Positions 41,401-55,780 of a stretch of 64,000 bases of DNA are shown here, piece by piece. The notes beneath the pieces are model-generated. The model ran no database searches. It was not told where the DNA came from and was given only the letters and a program-made list of their open reading frames with translations. The position numbers were made by a program, and so were the translations under genes. The DNA lies in assembly GCA_023213395.1 (NCBI GenBank), contig CM041465.1, positions 161,517,741 through 161,581,740 on the forward strand, read 5' to 3'. The stretch comes from Cycas panzhihuaensis. Taxonomy: Eukaryota; Plantae; Cycadophyta. Within the stretch, counting starts at the first letter, position 1; each line of letters starts with the position of its first letter.

Positions 41401-43940
41401 CCCCCGTCCATTGATTGTTACTTGACGTATCTTCCACTTTTTTTGTTTCTTTCCTTTTCATATCCAATTCCATCTCTTCTATTTCCTTTCATAGGGTTTC
41501 TAGTTTAAAATTTTTCCTCTTTCAATATTTCTTTGTAAGTTTTTTCCATTCAAAGTTTTCAGATTTTATCTTACAACATCTTAATTATATTATTTAGAGT
41601 CAGTACTTCTTTAAACTGAATCTCCTTTTCTAATTATAAGGCCTAATCCTTCGCTACATTAAATGATTTATTAGGGTGTTACTTCATGGGTAACCTTGGT
41701 CATGGTTGTAATCCATTCACAAAGAAACTTTTAAGCATAACATCTAGTATTTTTTTTCCATTCATCACATTTCCTATCATAATAACCATTTTGCTTGCAT
41801 AATTTAACACTAATTCCCCTAGTCTTTGTTTCAAGTTCCTTAATGTCTAAGCTACCACTTTCTTACTTCTTAGTTTTTTGAATCTTTCCTAGGATTTATT
41901 TTTTATCTCTCCTCAAGTTTTGGTTCCAACACCAGGTTCTTTATACCAAACTGATGGTACTTCCTCAAGGTGCAAACAAATCTTCCTTTAATGATCCTTA
42001 CTTTAATCATATTTTTGAAGAGGTATTAATACTCAGTAGTATTTGATATTCTATCAAATATTAGGTGATTAAGGTACTTTTATTATAATATCTAGAAGAT
42101 GCCATTTTTAGTGGTTTTATCTTTGGTGTTCTTCTAATTATTGTAATAACCCTTAATGATAACCCTATCTTTATTGTTATCTCTACTCCTTTAAACAATA
42201 GATTACCTTTTGGGTCTTTTACCGGTATTGTCTTTTTTGCCCCTTGTATATATATTACTAATGGTGTTCTTATCAAGAATGTCATATCTCCTAGTTTTGA
42301 TAATGTATTAAATAACTTCCTTGTGAAGTAATTTTCTTAAACCACCTCAACATCTTCCTCTACCTTATCTCTATTATTTCTTGTACTTTTCAAGCTTTCC
42401 TTTGGGTGAAAATTTTCTCCACTTTTTCTTAGTATACTCTTTAGGTTAGACATATTTGGCATTATTTCCATTACCATAGTGGCTACTTCATTTCCAATTA
42501 TTTATGGTGTTAGTAACCCACTTTCTTCCAATGTTTCAATGGGCTTATCCTTAGTCCCACCTCTTTGTAGTGTGTCCCTTTTATACACCCATCTTAATCT
42601 ACTTTTTTTATCCTAATATATTACCCTCGAACAACTTGACATTGATATTCTAGTAATCAAAGGCTTCTTAAGTTGCAACAGAAGGCCCCTTGGTTGTTAT
42701 GGCTTAGTTAAAAGCTACCATCGTGACAATAACCAAGGTCTTTTAGTTTTGTAGCATATGCTCTCACCCCTCCACTAAGCCTTAGGTCTTTTTCTCCTTA
42801 AGGATTTTAGTAATAGAACCAATGTTAATAATTACTTAACCCCTCAACATCCTAAACCACTAGGTAATGTAACCATCTTATGACCTCTTTCTCATTGATG
42901 TTGGTAGCACATTATAATATCTTATAATATATTCAATATATACCAAATAAGCAACATACTTAATATTGCATAAGGAACCAATCGTCACATACATAAGTTA
43001 TATAGAATATTCCTTATAACTCATTATTCTATTAATTAACATTGAATTTAATCACTTCTGAATGCTACACCAAATGCTTGATTTGACTTTCATCATTGGA
43101 CAAATAATAATAATGGCCTATTTATGCTATTTTTCCATAGCCAATCACCTAAAAGGTGTGACTTTATAATATGACTTATATTTTCATAATAAAAATCCTA
43201 ATTAATCTTTAGTAAGACACATCCATATAATTGTATGACTATACAACCTACTCTTTAGTCATGGTATATGCTAGTTTAGAACTATCTCTTCTTAATTATT
43301 TACCATATCATTATAATCATTTGTTGTTCCATTAACCATTTATTACTTTATCACACAAGGAAAACCATTCCTTAAGAGTTGATTTTGTGAACTATAACCT
43401 CTAAAGAACTATTTTTTACCATTCTCCTATGTATTTTCATTAGATTTTTATTACTTTTATTATTGGAAATATCTGTAAAATTATCCCTAACTATTCCCAA
43501 GTGCCATAATGCCAATTTTCATGCATACATATATCTTAGGTTTTAAAAATGGGATTGAGTATCCTTGCTTAAATTTGCCAAAATTCCCTATTATCGCTAT
43601 TGTTAAAAAATTTATATTTTTAATGGTGGGCCACTTTGCTACACTTCTACTCTTGAATTCTTCTTATAGTTCTACAATTTGTGATTCCTTTTTCTATGCT
43701 TCTTTTATCATTTCTTTATTTAACTTCATTAATTTTTCCACCTCTAGTGTTTTATCTTAGAATTTATTTTCCTATTTTTAAAATTTTTTATTGGTGATAA
43801 TTTTTCTCTTTTAGAATCTCATTCAACTATACTTTTATTTGTTGAATTACATCATTTGTGCTTCCCTCTCCATGGGAAGTACCTTTCTTAACCCTCTTCT
43901 TTCATAGTGAGGGAGCCTTTTCTTCTTTGAACTCTATTTT
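33159..43940 (-). mobile_element. Region I: composite, decayed non-chromovirus Gypsy (Tat/Ogre-like RT) bounded by ~1-kb direct repeats
   Basis: Direct repeat 33159-~34170 vs ~42912-43940; integrase ~35730-36900; RT with DAFAWSYKDLKGIPHEIG ~38235-38285; protease ~40200-40450; gag with knuckle HICNMDMHTIKEC ~41252-41290; PBS-like TGGTATAAAGAACC ~41935-41948. Confidence 0.65.
35417..35481. repeat. (TC)n microsatellite, ~32 units
   Basis: Read directly from the sequence. Confidence 0.95.
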
Positions 43941-43941
43941 T

Positions 43942-44497
43942 AAATGGCATGTTGATAGTATTCTTATTTTATCTAACTATCTTTTTTTTTTTTAAATTAT
44001 CATTATTAGATATTTCTATTTATATTTGATGATATATAAACTTGTAATTAAATACACAGATGACCATTTATAAAACTAATAAAAGATAATTAAATATAAT
44101 ATCTTCCTTCTTCTTAAATTATTAGAAGAATAATAGATTACCCTACTAGTAACAAAATAATATTGTGGATAATTCTTAGATCTTGACATAAATTAATCTT
44201 AAGAAAAAGAGTATAATAGTCAATAGCACTAACCAAATGGGTTAACAACTAACTTGATTAAAAACTAACATCCAATAGCCATTAACCACTGACTAGTAAT
44301 TAGTGACCAATATTCAATAACCAATTATACAAACCTCTCTTTATAATAATATAAGTTGTGAATAATGGGTACCAATTAAACACTACTAGATAACATCTAA
44401 TAACAAATGACTAGTAGTTAGAAACTAATGAATAATGGGTAGTGACTAATAACTAGTGACTAAAGATTGATAACTTATTACATAAGGTTCTCCTTAT
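43942..44497. repeat. Dispersed repeat copy 2 (homologous to 26561-27135)
   Basis: Colinear homology ending at TAAGGTTCTCCTTAT, where element H starts. Confidence 0.8.
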
Positions 44498-44767
44498 TGT
44501 AAGTCTAACTTAGTGGCATCTTGGGTCACAATGACCAACCTAGTAGTGACTTGAGTCATAGTGATGTAAGTTGAAGTGATTAATATTACAAATACTAGTG
44601 TATGTTGACCCAATTAAGGGTCATGTACTAGTCAAACCTTTGTAAATATAAAAAGAAGGAAAAGCTTTAGTAAGAATCAAAGAAAAGGTATTTGTGGCTA
44701 AGGGGAAAAAATCTCATATCTCGTTGAGTTAGATTATTCATTTGAATAGACTAGGCCAAGTGTTACC

Positions 44768-47700
44768 TATTAAAAATAATGTCTAATTCTAGCTCATTCT
44801 TTTATTCAAGTTAATTGATGAGATACATTAGGCATGTTCTCTCAGGAGTTGTATTTCTATATTTATCCTCTCACATGTAAGAACATGCATAAGTTGTACC
44901 TTAATATTTCCTTACTTTATTTCTTTATTCTTTACTGGAACTCTCATTAATATTAGGAGTGGTCTTACTCTCATCAATTAAATTAATAGATCGAGTGCTT
45001 AATATTGATGCAAGGAAAATAAACTAAGCCATTATATTCATTTGTGATCTAATGTAAGATTATTTTTTGTAAATCATTGTGTAATTGTGTTTATGTCATT
45101 GCTCTTATTTACTTACTATTATCACTTTGATTAACTCATCTTTTTAGCATGGTATCAGAGCCTATGGTTCAATAAATAGAAAATTCTTAAATCTTAGCAT
45201 ATATTTTAGTATGTTAACTTGATATTAATACATTAAAGATCTTCATTATTATTTTTTTACAGTTTTTAAGTGAACTCATGAGGGTTTCTTAATGAAAAAG
45301 GTGTCAATTCTTCTATAACGATATTTTTGGCATCAATGGGCACTTTATATCTCTATTTTCTATTATTTTTTTGCTCACAAGTTTGTTTCTAACAAATCTA
45401 CAATCATTTTAGCACTGACTTTTACCTTTAGAGTGAGTTCTTTTAGTGAAAATTTGTCTCAAAAAGTAAAAAAAGTGGGTATCGTTCAAAACCCCATCTC
45501 TCACTCTTATTCTACAGTTTTAAGCTCATTTTCTCTTTGATTTATGTTGTAGTTATGTGGATTAACTTGCTATCTATTAGATTCAACTCTTAGAAGTGAA
45601 ATTTTACTTTAAAATCGATTGATTTAGCCTTGCAAAAGTGCATGAGCATGCATAGATGAATTTTGGGCAATGATGGTAGAAAAATCCCACGAAAAATTAT
45701 TTCAGATTTATAAAATTCTTTAATTTTTTTATCTGTCTAAAGTTCTAAGTGAAATCAAAGCATATGAAATCTATTTGAAGTCCACACTTTATGTTTTTAA
45801 GTCGTGGTCATATATAGTAAGGGCTTTAGACTTTAGAAAGGGGCTAAACCTCAGAACTCACTTTTTAAACATCTAATTTTTATAATTTTAGTTTTCAACA
45901 TTATATTTTTTATTGTACTTTTATTTCAAAGGTTTAAAATTATAATAAGATCTTATAGCCATTGAGTTTCTTTATAAACCCATGCTTGTGATCTTCATCA
46001 CATATATATTTTCTCAGCATGAGTACTATCAAGATTACTAGTTATGTTTTATTGGATGCACACAAACTTAATGATAAGAATTATATAATTTAAAAATTAA
46101 AAAAAATCTAGTATTTTGGCACGCTTAAGAAAGTAATGAAACTTGTTAAAGGGAAAGAGCCAAAGATAGTTGTTAGCTCCACTTTGGTTATAACTAGATT
46201 TACTTCAACTACCTCAATTATGACCAATAAGGATGTTAAAAGCTAAGAAGACTGTGATTGAGAAGTATTAGTAATCATAAAGATTTTCATTGCTAATAAA
46301 CTCATTACTCATCTTTAAGGGAAGACTTTATTAAAGGATGCATGGTAGACTCTTTAAAAGATGTATGAAACTAAGAATGGGATAAGAATTTTGTACCTTA
46401 GAAACTTACATTATTTATGTAAGATGATTGTTGATGACTCTATCTCCCTACATTTGTAGAAATTAAAGGAGATTAAAGATAAGTGATTGAAATAATTGAG
46501 AAAGTAAAGGATAGGGAGTTTGTGAGTATTACACTCAATAGCCTTCATGAAGGTTATCATATCTTTATAACCAATTTGTGTTTAGTTAAGAGAACTCAAC
46601 CACTTACTTTTAAGTACCTAGTTGGTCTTCTCTTATATGAGGAGCAGTGCATGGGTGGTTACAATGGTAGAAATAGCATTATGGCTTTGTCTTCTCAATT
46701 TATAAAGAAGCTTTAGATAAATGCTCCTAAAGAAATTTCACCAGCTTCTCAAAGCACAAATGAAACCCACAATAAGCCTAGAAAAGATGTCACATGCACA
46801 TATTATAATAAGAAAGGTCACTATTAAAGGAACTATTTAGAAGAAGAAAGTAAATAAAAAGAAAGGTGATAAAACTACTACTCTATTTGTAGATGATAAA
46901 AAAGTCTTTATATTCAATGTTATTTCTAATATAATTGATACTGGTACATTGATTCTAGTGCCTCAAACCATATCACTTTTTGTAAAGAAAGATTTAGTAA
47001 ACTCAAAGAATGTTATAACTAAACTATTATTCTACATTATGAGAGTTAACATAAAATAGCTAAGTGGAGCACAATTATTCTCAATAAACTTTGCCATAAA
47101 ATCAAGATCTCAAATGTGTTATATGTATCATCATTTAAATATGACTTACTTTATATAAGTTATATGGCTAAACTAAAATTGAAGGTTGAGTTTGATGCCA
47201 TCAAGTGTGTGATCAAAGATGGTGATTTTATAATTGCTCAAGGAACTAAAGAGAATGACTTGTATAAATTCTTTGTTATACCCAAGCATGGTTTTGTTGT
47301 AACTACATCTAATACTTTATGGCATGACTATTTTAGTCATTTAAACTATCATAGTCTTTAATTGTTGAACAAGTTAAAAATAGTACATAATATTCCTCTA
47401 ATTCATAAGTATAAAAGAATCTATAGCACACGTGCAGTAGAGAAGTAGCACAGGGAGGAATTTATCAAATCCAAATAGCAAGCTAAGGATATATTATTGT
47501 TGGTTCATTCTAATTTGTGTGGATCACTTCCACCAATTTCACTTGAAGGCATAAAGCACTTCATGGCATTCATTGATAACTTTATAAAGAGGTCTTAGGT
47601 TTACCTTCTAAAGAATAAGTTGGAGGCATTTATAAAGTTTTAGGAGTTAAAGGTTAAAGTTAAATTTTTTTTAAAAATAAGATCAAGTTTCTAAGGAGCG

Positions 47701-50308
47701 ATAATGGATGGGAGTATTTATCAATTGATGTCACCACTTTTTATAAAGATCATAGCATTAGACAACAACTAACTACATCCTATATACCACAATAGAATAG
47801 TGTGTTTGAGAGGAACAATTATCCCATTGCTAAGATGGCAATATATATGTTAAAAGCCTAAGATGTATCAAATGGTTTTTGGGGTAAAGTCATGAATACA
47901 ATTATGTACATTTTCAATAAAAGTCCAATTGTAGTTATTTAAAACATAACTCTAAAGAAGCCTGGATGGGTAAAAACCCTTTATTTATAATCTTGGAGTC
48001 TTTGGTTATGTTACTTTTATTCATGTATTTGATGTAAAGAGACAAAAGCTTGACGACAAAAGTCATAAGTGTGTTCTTGTCGGGTATAGTATGTCATCCA
48101 AAGCATATAGGTTGTAGGATCCCTCAAAGAGGAAGATTATAATTAGAAGAGATGTTTTGTTTGATAATCCTGATAAGAAAATTATCCCTATTATAAATTT
48201 TGATATTAAAAGCATAGTAATAAAGAATGAGACTAATGAAAAGAGTGAAGGGAGTGAGGATCTTCCTTCTCTCCTCTTAAAAGGTTGCCTAACTAGTATA
48301 CTCAAACAATAAAAGATTCCAAGATTAGTGACATTAACACTAATGATGGTGTTTAGACATGAAACAAGGTCAATTTTGCCTTAATGTCTAATATCTTAAA
48401 TAGTAATAAACCTAAGTCATTTGTTAAACCTAAGGAAGCCTCTGATTGGAAGTTAGTTATGTAAGAGGAGTATGACTCTATACTTAAAAATGACACAGAA
48501 TCTTGTTAAGCTTCCTTTAGTTAAAAAATGTGTTGGTTACAAATGGGTGTATAAGGTGAAGTATAAATTTGATGGTGCTATTAATAGATACAAGGCTTAG
48601 CTTGTAACCAATGGATATATGTAGACTGAAGGTGTAGACTTTGAGGAGATTTTTGTACTTATAGCCAAAATGACTACAATGTAAATGCTTATTAATATTG
48701 CATCATATTTTGATTAGGAATTCCATTAAATGGATGTTAAGAGTGTTTTCTCTCATGGCATTCTTAATAAAAAGGTATGCATACAGTTGCTTAAAGGTTT
48801 TGTGTAGATTAGCAAGGAGCATCTTGTATGCAGGTTGAAGAAAGCCTTAAATATGGGCTTAAGCAGACACTAAGGATATAATATTCACACATTGATGAGT
48901 GCTTCATTTCTTTTAGATTCACTAGATATGAATCAAATCATAGTATATACATAAAACATGAGGATGGTGGGATACTTATTATAATTCTCTATATTGATGT
49001 ACTCATTATTACAGGAAGTAATATTTCCCAAATAAACTATCTTATGAAGCATATTTATGAATCTTTTGAGATGCCTGATCTTAGCCTCCTACACTACTAT
49101 CTTGGTATGAAATTTTGGCAAAAATATGATAGCATTTTTTTATCTCAACCCAAATATGCTTGCATTCTTTTAAATTATTTCCATATGGAGGATTCAAAGC
49201 CAATGGCTACCCTTATAGAAGTTGGTCTCAAATTGACTAAGAAAGTTATTAATAGGAATGTTGATGGTACTTTGTATAGGTAACTAGAAAGTAGGCATGA
49301 GATTTAGCTATGTTATTGGTGTTATAGCTTAATTTATGAGTGCTCTATTCATTTCTTATTAGAACACAACAAAGTACATATTAAGGTGTATCAAAGGTAC
49401 TATCAAATTTGGACTCTTACTTTTTAGAGCTAATGAGTTCAAAGTGTATGGTTATATAGACTCATATTGGACTAGATATATCAATGATAGGAAATATACA
49501 TTAGGATATGTGTTTGCATCTAGTTCTGGTATGCTTTTTTGGAATAGTAAGAAGTAGGCTACTATCCATTTATCTTCTATAAAAGTAGAGTATAAGGTAA
49601 TGATTACAGTTGCTTGTGAGGTAATCCGGTTGAGAAATCTACTTAGTCACTTTGAGCTTCTACAAGATGATCCTACACTACTATTTTATGGTAATTAGGG
49701 CATAATCTAGCTTTTGAAGAAGCTTATCTTCCACATTAAGATAAAACGTATGGAAGTTCATCATCATTTTATTTAGTAGTAGGTGTAGTGTAGAGAAATT
49801 GAGTTGGTGTATTATCTATCCAATAATCAATTTGCAAATATTGTTACTAAATCATTAAGTCATGAGAAGTTCAAGAGGTTCAGAAGTCTCTTATTTATGA
49901 GAGATAATAAATTACACCTTGTGAGGTGTTAAAAGTAATGTCTAATTCTCATTTATTTTTTTCTTTGAGTTAACTAATGAGACACATGAGGGAGGTTCTC
50001 TTGAGAGTTATATTTCAATATTTATCCTCTTATATGCAAGAGTATGGATAATTTGTACCTTGATGTTTCCTTGCTTTACGACTTTATTCTTTGCTTGCAC
50101 TTTTATTAATATAAAGAGTAGTCTTACTCTCATCAATTGAGATAAGAGATTAATTAATCAATATTGATGTAAGAAGAGTAGATTAAACCATTGTATTTAT
50201 ATGTGATCTAATACAAGATTATTTTTTGTAAATTATTGTGAAGTTTTTTTTGTATCACTTCTCTTATTTACCTACTTTTGTTACTTTGATTCACTAATAT
50301 TTCTAATA
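44768..50308 (+). mobile_element. Element G: old full-length Ty1/Copia
   Basis: 382-bp LTRs at 44768-45149 and 49927-50308 (strongly diverged); exact PBS TGGTATCAGAGC at 45150-45161; TSD not preserved. Confidence 0.88.
46019..49910 (+). pseudogene. Copia G gag-pol pseudogene
   Basis: Protease WYIDSSASNHI ~46942; integrase KLDDKSHKCVLVGY ~48045; RT MDVKSVF ~48730; RNase H ~49500-49900; dense stop codons. Confidence 0.88.
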
Positions 50309-53300
50309 TTTGAGAAAACTATAAGGTGATAATATTCACATTATAAAGACAATTCAAATAGAGATTTTAGAAAAACAATGTGATGTAGGAGCATCCCCTA
50401 ATATGTATAAACACTTAGTTGTATACATAGAATTAAAGAGCTCAAAGGGAGTTAAGCCTAGCAAAAGCATCAAAGAGTAGTTAAGAAGAAGTTTGCTAAA
50501 TTGGACTTAGTCATTTTTTTGAAGTTATAAGTGTTTAGGTAGAAATTTCTTATATATGTGAGGTTAAAAAGTAAGGTTTTGATGAAAAAAATATGAGTAA
50601 ATTTTTGGCATTTCTCAGGTCTCATTCCTTATGGAAATTTATGAGAATCATTCATCAAGTGGTTGTGAGCTATAAGTCATAAGATAGAAATAACAATGAG
50701 AAAATGTAATGATGCAAATTAATGATGACTACTAGATGAAGATATAAGTTTTAATTCAAGCCATTTACTAAGGAGAGGAAGAGACATAGAAAAGAAAATG
50801 AGTATATTCATTACCAAATAATAACCATCTAATTAAAATCAATTGATGAATTTGGACCATTTGATTGGTGTTAACAAGATACAAAGGAAAACTTGCATCT
50901 CACAGATTTCTAAGAACATAAAAATTAAAAGGAAAGTGATTTGCAAGTTGCAAGACATGAGGAAGAGGAGAATTGTAAGTAATTAGAGTTATCAAATCAT
51001 GATGTAGGATTAAATTTAGGTTATCTACCTAAAGAAGAAAGAATGAAGTGGAAGTTGAAGTATCTATAATGGGAAAGTGCGAGATGGATTATAGTTGTCT
51101 AATGAGGACATTATATTTAATGATAACCATTAATTAACAAAGATAAAAAATGAAAGAATGGAAAGAAGTTGAAGATATAATATATCATAGTCATCAAATG
51201 ATAATTAAGTGACATACTTAAATTGCCTACTTAGAAATTGTGAGATAAAAGGAAAAACTCATAACTCATAGAAGTAAAGATAATTTCTAAAAAAGCGTTA
51301 AGTGACTCTCAAGTTGTGAGATGTGAGAAGTTAAGATGCACAACATCAAAGCAAATCATCAAGTAACACATGGCTTTGGGTTATCAACTACTAAGACCAA
51401 TGAAGGGCTTTATGATAAACATGGACATTTGGACCAAGATTAGAGGATAGATCTTGAACATCCATCTAGAGATAAATACTAACAAAACTCATACCTTATA
51501 TATTGCATGTGATAAAGAATAAAATATAAGATAACACTAAAAAGTAGGGTGCTAGTAGAGTAATGACATGCAAAGGGACTTATAATTAATGACATCAATC
51601 ATTGGATGAAGGACACATGGCAAAGATTAATAAGACTCATATATGGAAATATTCATGACAAAGCATAGAGAAGTGGATGGTTTATTTGCAAGTGAACACC
51701 AACCATTGGATTGTGGCACAAATTAGATCTAGACCATTTGTTTAAGATGAGGTGATAAGGAGATACTTCACAAATAGAAGGACTTATATTTTATAAGTGA
51801 GTACGAGCCATTGGATGGGGTTGTAAAGATTATATATGAACCATTGATTAGGTGATGAAGTAATACATAACAATTACTAAAGGAGCATGTCATTTAAGGA
51901 GAATTATTATAGACAAGCTCAGGTCACAAGTTAATTTATAGTAGGTTGAATATCTCATAACCAGATTTAAAATAATTTGGGGATTAGAGGAATACATGGA
52001 GGATTTGATATAAGTGTCAATAAAGACTAAGGATAGCTAAGCAATAGTTGCAATTAACCTTGAGTAGAAATCATTGAAGTCATAACCATAAGTTCTCATG
52101 TTATAATAGGGAAGATATAAAAGCCATCATTGGAAAAGATTTAGGGTTTAACACTTTCGATACAGGACTCTATAAGATGTCCCACTTGAATTCTTATACT
52201 TCTTACTTCTTGTTGATTTTTATTATTTTTCTCACAGAGATTGAGATCTTTTTGTAAAGGAAATAAAGATTCATAAGGGGAAAGACTTTAGGTGTCAATT
52301 ATTTAGTGATCAATCTAATAACCACGATTGTTGGCTATATATTTTCTCTTTTTATAAATCAAACCAAGTGCACATCATCATTGGCTCTTGTTATTTTATA
52401 AAAGTAAATATTCTCTAAAGATTCACTTTTGATAAAAAGTATAGTTATGGTTTTTGCTAAAGATGTTATGTGTGATCATTTTGTTTATAGTTGGTACATT
52501 AATTATGATTCACTTGAACCTTAGTATGTTTAGCTGAGGCTTATAGAGCACATATTCAAGCCTTTCCTTATCCCATATTTTTCTTATAAGGTGATTTATT
52601 TGATATAGCACTAGCCAACAAATTAAGTAAATATTAAATATTCTTATATCTAGTCTCCATTTTTGCTCAGCATATCACAATGCCATCTTATTAGTATAAT
52701 CAATGGCTAATCAATAGCATTATATTTTTCATTTCCTATTTTCTTATTCAAGGTGCTTAATAGTTAACACTACTTTAATTTCTCAAGTAGGAGTTATAGG
52801 CCTAGGCGTTACTCCTTACATATACAAAATTTTATTTTATTTTACTATATTCTTTATTCTTCGATTCTTTATAAAAGAAAATCACACCTCAAAGTTGAAT
52901 AAACTCTATAATTGCACTCTAGAATTTGTTGCTATTATGATGAGTTTCTAAACCTCTATAGACTAGTAGTACATAAGGAACTAAATTCCCCATTAACAAT
53001 GTCTTAAATTATAATAACATAAGTCAGAACAACTAAGGCCATAAATGATAGAGCTTTTAATATTTATAAAGAACTAACTCAATAATAAGAATAATAGTCC
53101 ATAATAAGATATTGCCAAGGTAGTTACAATTATATATATATAAAGTAAGATATAATTATAGAGGCTAAGAGGTTTATAGAAACTTGAGAATTACTAGCCA
53201 AGATTATGACTATAAATAAACCTTATAAGTAATAATTAAAGGCTCTATTTAGAATTGTAATATGTTCTAGATCAATTAAGTAATTCACATAAGTTTATCA

Positions 53301-53649
53301 TTAATAGTTATGAGTACCTCTAAGATATACCAAATAATTGTGCTCACTATATGGAAACCACTTAATTTTTTTTTAATTAGGATCAACATAGAGATCTTGA
53401 CTTTTGATTAAGAATGTTATACTATAACTCCTACAATCATCTATATATGTATATTCATGATGCAAACTCCTTACTAGTTATACCAATTAGATCAAATGAG
53501 GTTATTGTTTATTTATCATAATAATCAGGAGTCATATGGGAATTCTTCAAGCTTTTACGCTAATTTTACAACTAAGTAATAATAAAAATTCTCAAGTACT
53601 ATGAAATATTAAAAGTTAGGTTTAAGAGAATGCTAGTAAGAACTCCACT

Positions 53650-55560
53650 TTGCATTAAAAAAAAAAGGTATTAAAATGATAACAAACATAAAAACATAAT
53701 AAATCAATGAAAATAATAAAAAATATGAAAGCTTCATTATATAATAAAATAGCATCTAATAATGTACTTGTCTCTATTACAAAGCATCCTCAAGATAATA
53801 GATTATCTTCTTTAGCTATTATCCCTATTTGAGACAAAGGGCCTCTAGAAATGGCATCTCTTTTTTAAGAAGACAAGAAAAGAAAAACTTTAAAAGATAA
53901 TTCTTCCAAATTACCAATCCACTCCTTATATTTGGATATACATCTAAATCATTAATTATTTTATGATAAGATTTTCTTTAAAATAATTGATATTCTAGAG
54001 TGAAGAAATCCTCTAATAATTTTTATTTGTGACCACAAAATTAAAATTGCCATAATTTCTTATATGGTATTTATTGAGGGCCTATGACCACTTGTTTCAA
54101 ACACAATAAAAAGATCCATGCTATAATCCATCTTTCACAACTTTATTTCCCTTATTTTAATACCATAATCATAAAACAATTAGTATATTTTTATTTTTAA
54201 AGGTGCCTTGGCCCACTAAGAAGAGTAGACATATAACAATTCCTCCCCTTTTAATATGCTTTACTCTTAAAGAATAGGTATAAGTGAATGATGCCACCAT
54301 CGTGATTTATATTTCACTTGAAGCTAGTATATATAGTTAGGGATTAATATCATTTGATTAACTTGGTCATAAGTCAGTCCTCCATAATGATAATGGAGTG
54401 CAAGAATTCCCCCACTCTTCTTTATGTACTTTATCCTCAAAGAATTTTTAACTTTGAGCTTTAACAAATATCTTAGATCATCTCTTGATATTAGGAATTA
54501 GTTGTATCCTTTTTTCTCAAGGGTTCTAATAATTGAAATAGTAAATAACTTATTGGCCCTTCTAGTGTCATTGTGATTATATCTTATTAGAATATTTCCC
54601 CCCTTATCATACTAAAATAGAATATCCTTATCCCTTACTACCTATCTCTATGGTGTAGTAACCTTATTTATAGAAAGTGTGATATCTTTCTCCTTCAAGT
54701 ATTTCCTTTAAATAACATTAGGCTTCTCTAGTACAAAAATAATACATCTTATATTTGGCAAATATAGAAGTACGTTATAAATACATCCTAATAGAGATCC
54801 TATATCCTACTTTAATATTATATCTATAGAAATTTTTTCTTGAAGAATAAGGATAACCTAGATAAGAAAAGATGTAATTAGTATGAATAAAGGGTAACTA
54901 ATAGGGAATATGATGAGGGTCTTAAATGGACAAGTGGTTTAGATGGGGATACATGGGAAGGGTGTATAGAAAGGAAAAAATAGCAGTAAGGTATTATGTA
55001 AGAATAAGGTGATAAAAGATAAAGAAGGCTAAGTGATGGAGGGATAGTAGGGGAAGAATACAAAGTGAAGCATATGGGGTATGACAAGGATTATTCAAGG
55101 GTACATAATTTCGATACAACTATATATCAAAGATATATAATAAATAGAGGACAAAATAAAAATGGTTATGGTAAGGATAAGATAGGTTATGAGTGATATT
55201 GGGAAATAAAAGCATATGAGGGAGATATGTAAGAAATGATAATTGAAGTGAAGGTGATAAAGGATAAGGATGAAGTGGGTTAGGAATAAGATTAAGGGGA
55301 TAAAGATCATGTGGGTTTTGAGTGAGGCTAGGGAATGACATATGTGGAAGGTTAATACAGGAATAAGGGATGTAAACAAAGGAAAATAATAAACACTTTG
55401 TAAGGATATGTGGTTTAGATATGAGCATATAAGAGAGGGATATTTGAAAGATATATATTATATGCATAAGGTTTAGGAGATGGGGTGATGGAGGATAAGG
55501 ATGACGATAACATAGCCTATAAGGGATCATGATTTTATCTATGAAGAGATTGAGGTTATG
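53650..55560 (-). mobile_element. Element K: degenerate gag-only-like LTR element (boundaries uncertain)
   Basis: LTR end ...ATAACA at 54238, then PPT ATTCCTCCCCTTTT and the E/F-type hairpin at 54256-54275; gag-like remnant TMTLEGP ~54555-54575; purine-skewed low-complexity tract at 54850-55540. Confidence 0.4.
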
Positions 55561-55780
55561 GAATCACGTTGTATATCAACTATGGACTCTTAGTAAAGGG
55601 AGAATATGAGATTGTCTAGATCCATATGAAGTGGAAATTCAAGAAAGATTATAAAAATACTAAGAGAAATATAAGAATATATAATAGGATATTAATTCAT
55701 GATAATTACCTCAATTGAGTTGGTGTTATTTTGATTTTGTTATTGATTAATTCTTACATTACTTTGAAATGTATTTTACC

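Larger units (their letters stand above)
44498..52820 (+). mobile_element. Element H: putative ~2.8-kb LTR or solo LTR interrupted by Copia G
   Basis: Inverted termini TGTAAG (44498) and CTTACA (52820); non-coding, with a TATA-like ATATAAAAG ~52115; flanks CTTAT/TATAC do not match. Confidence 0.4.

Noticed and set aside
54878-55530. Overlapping hydrophobic, His/Pro-rich minus-strand ORFs
   Set aside because: They are by-products of a purine-skewed low-complexity tract.
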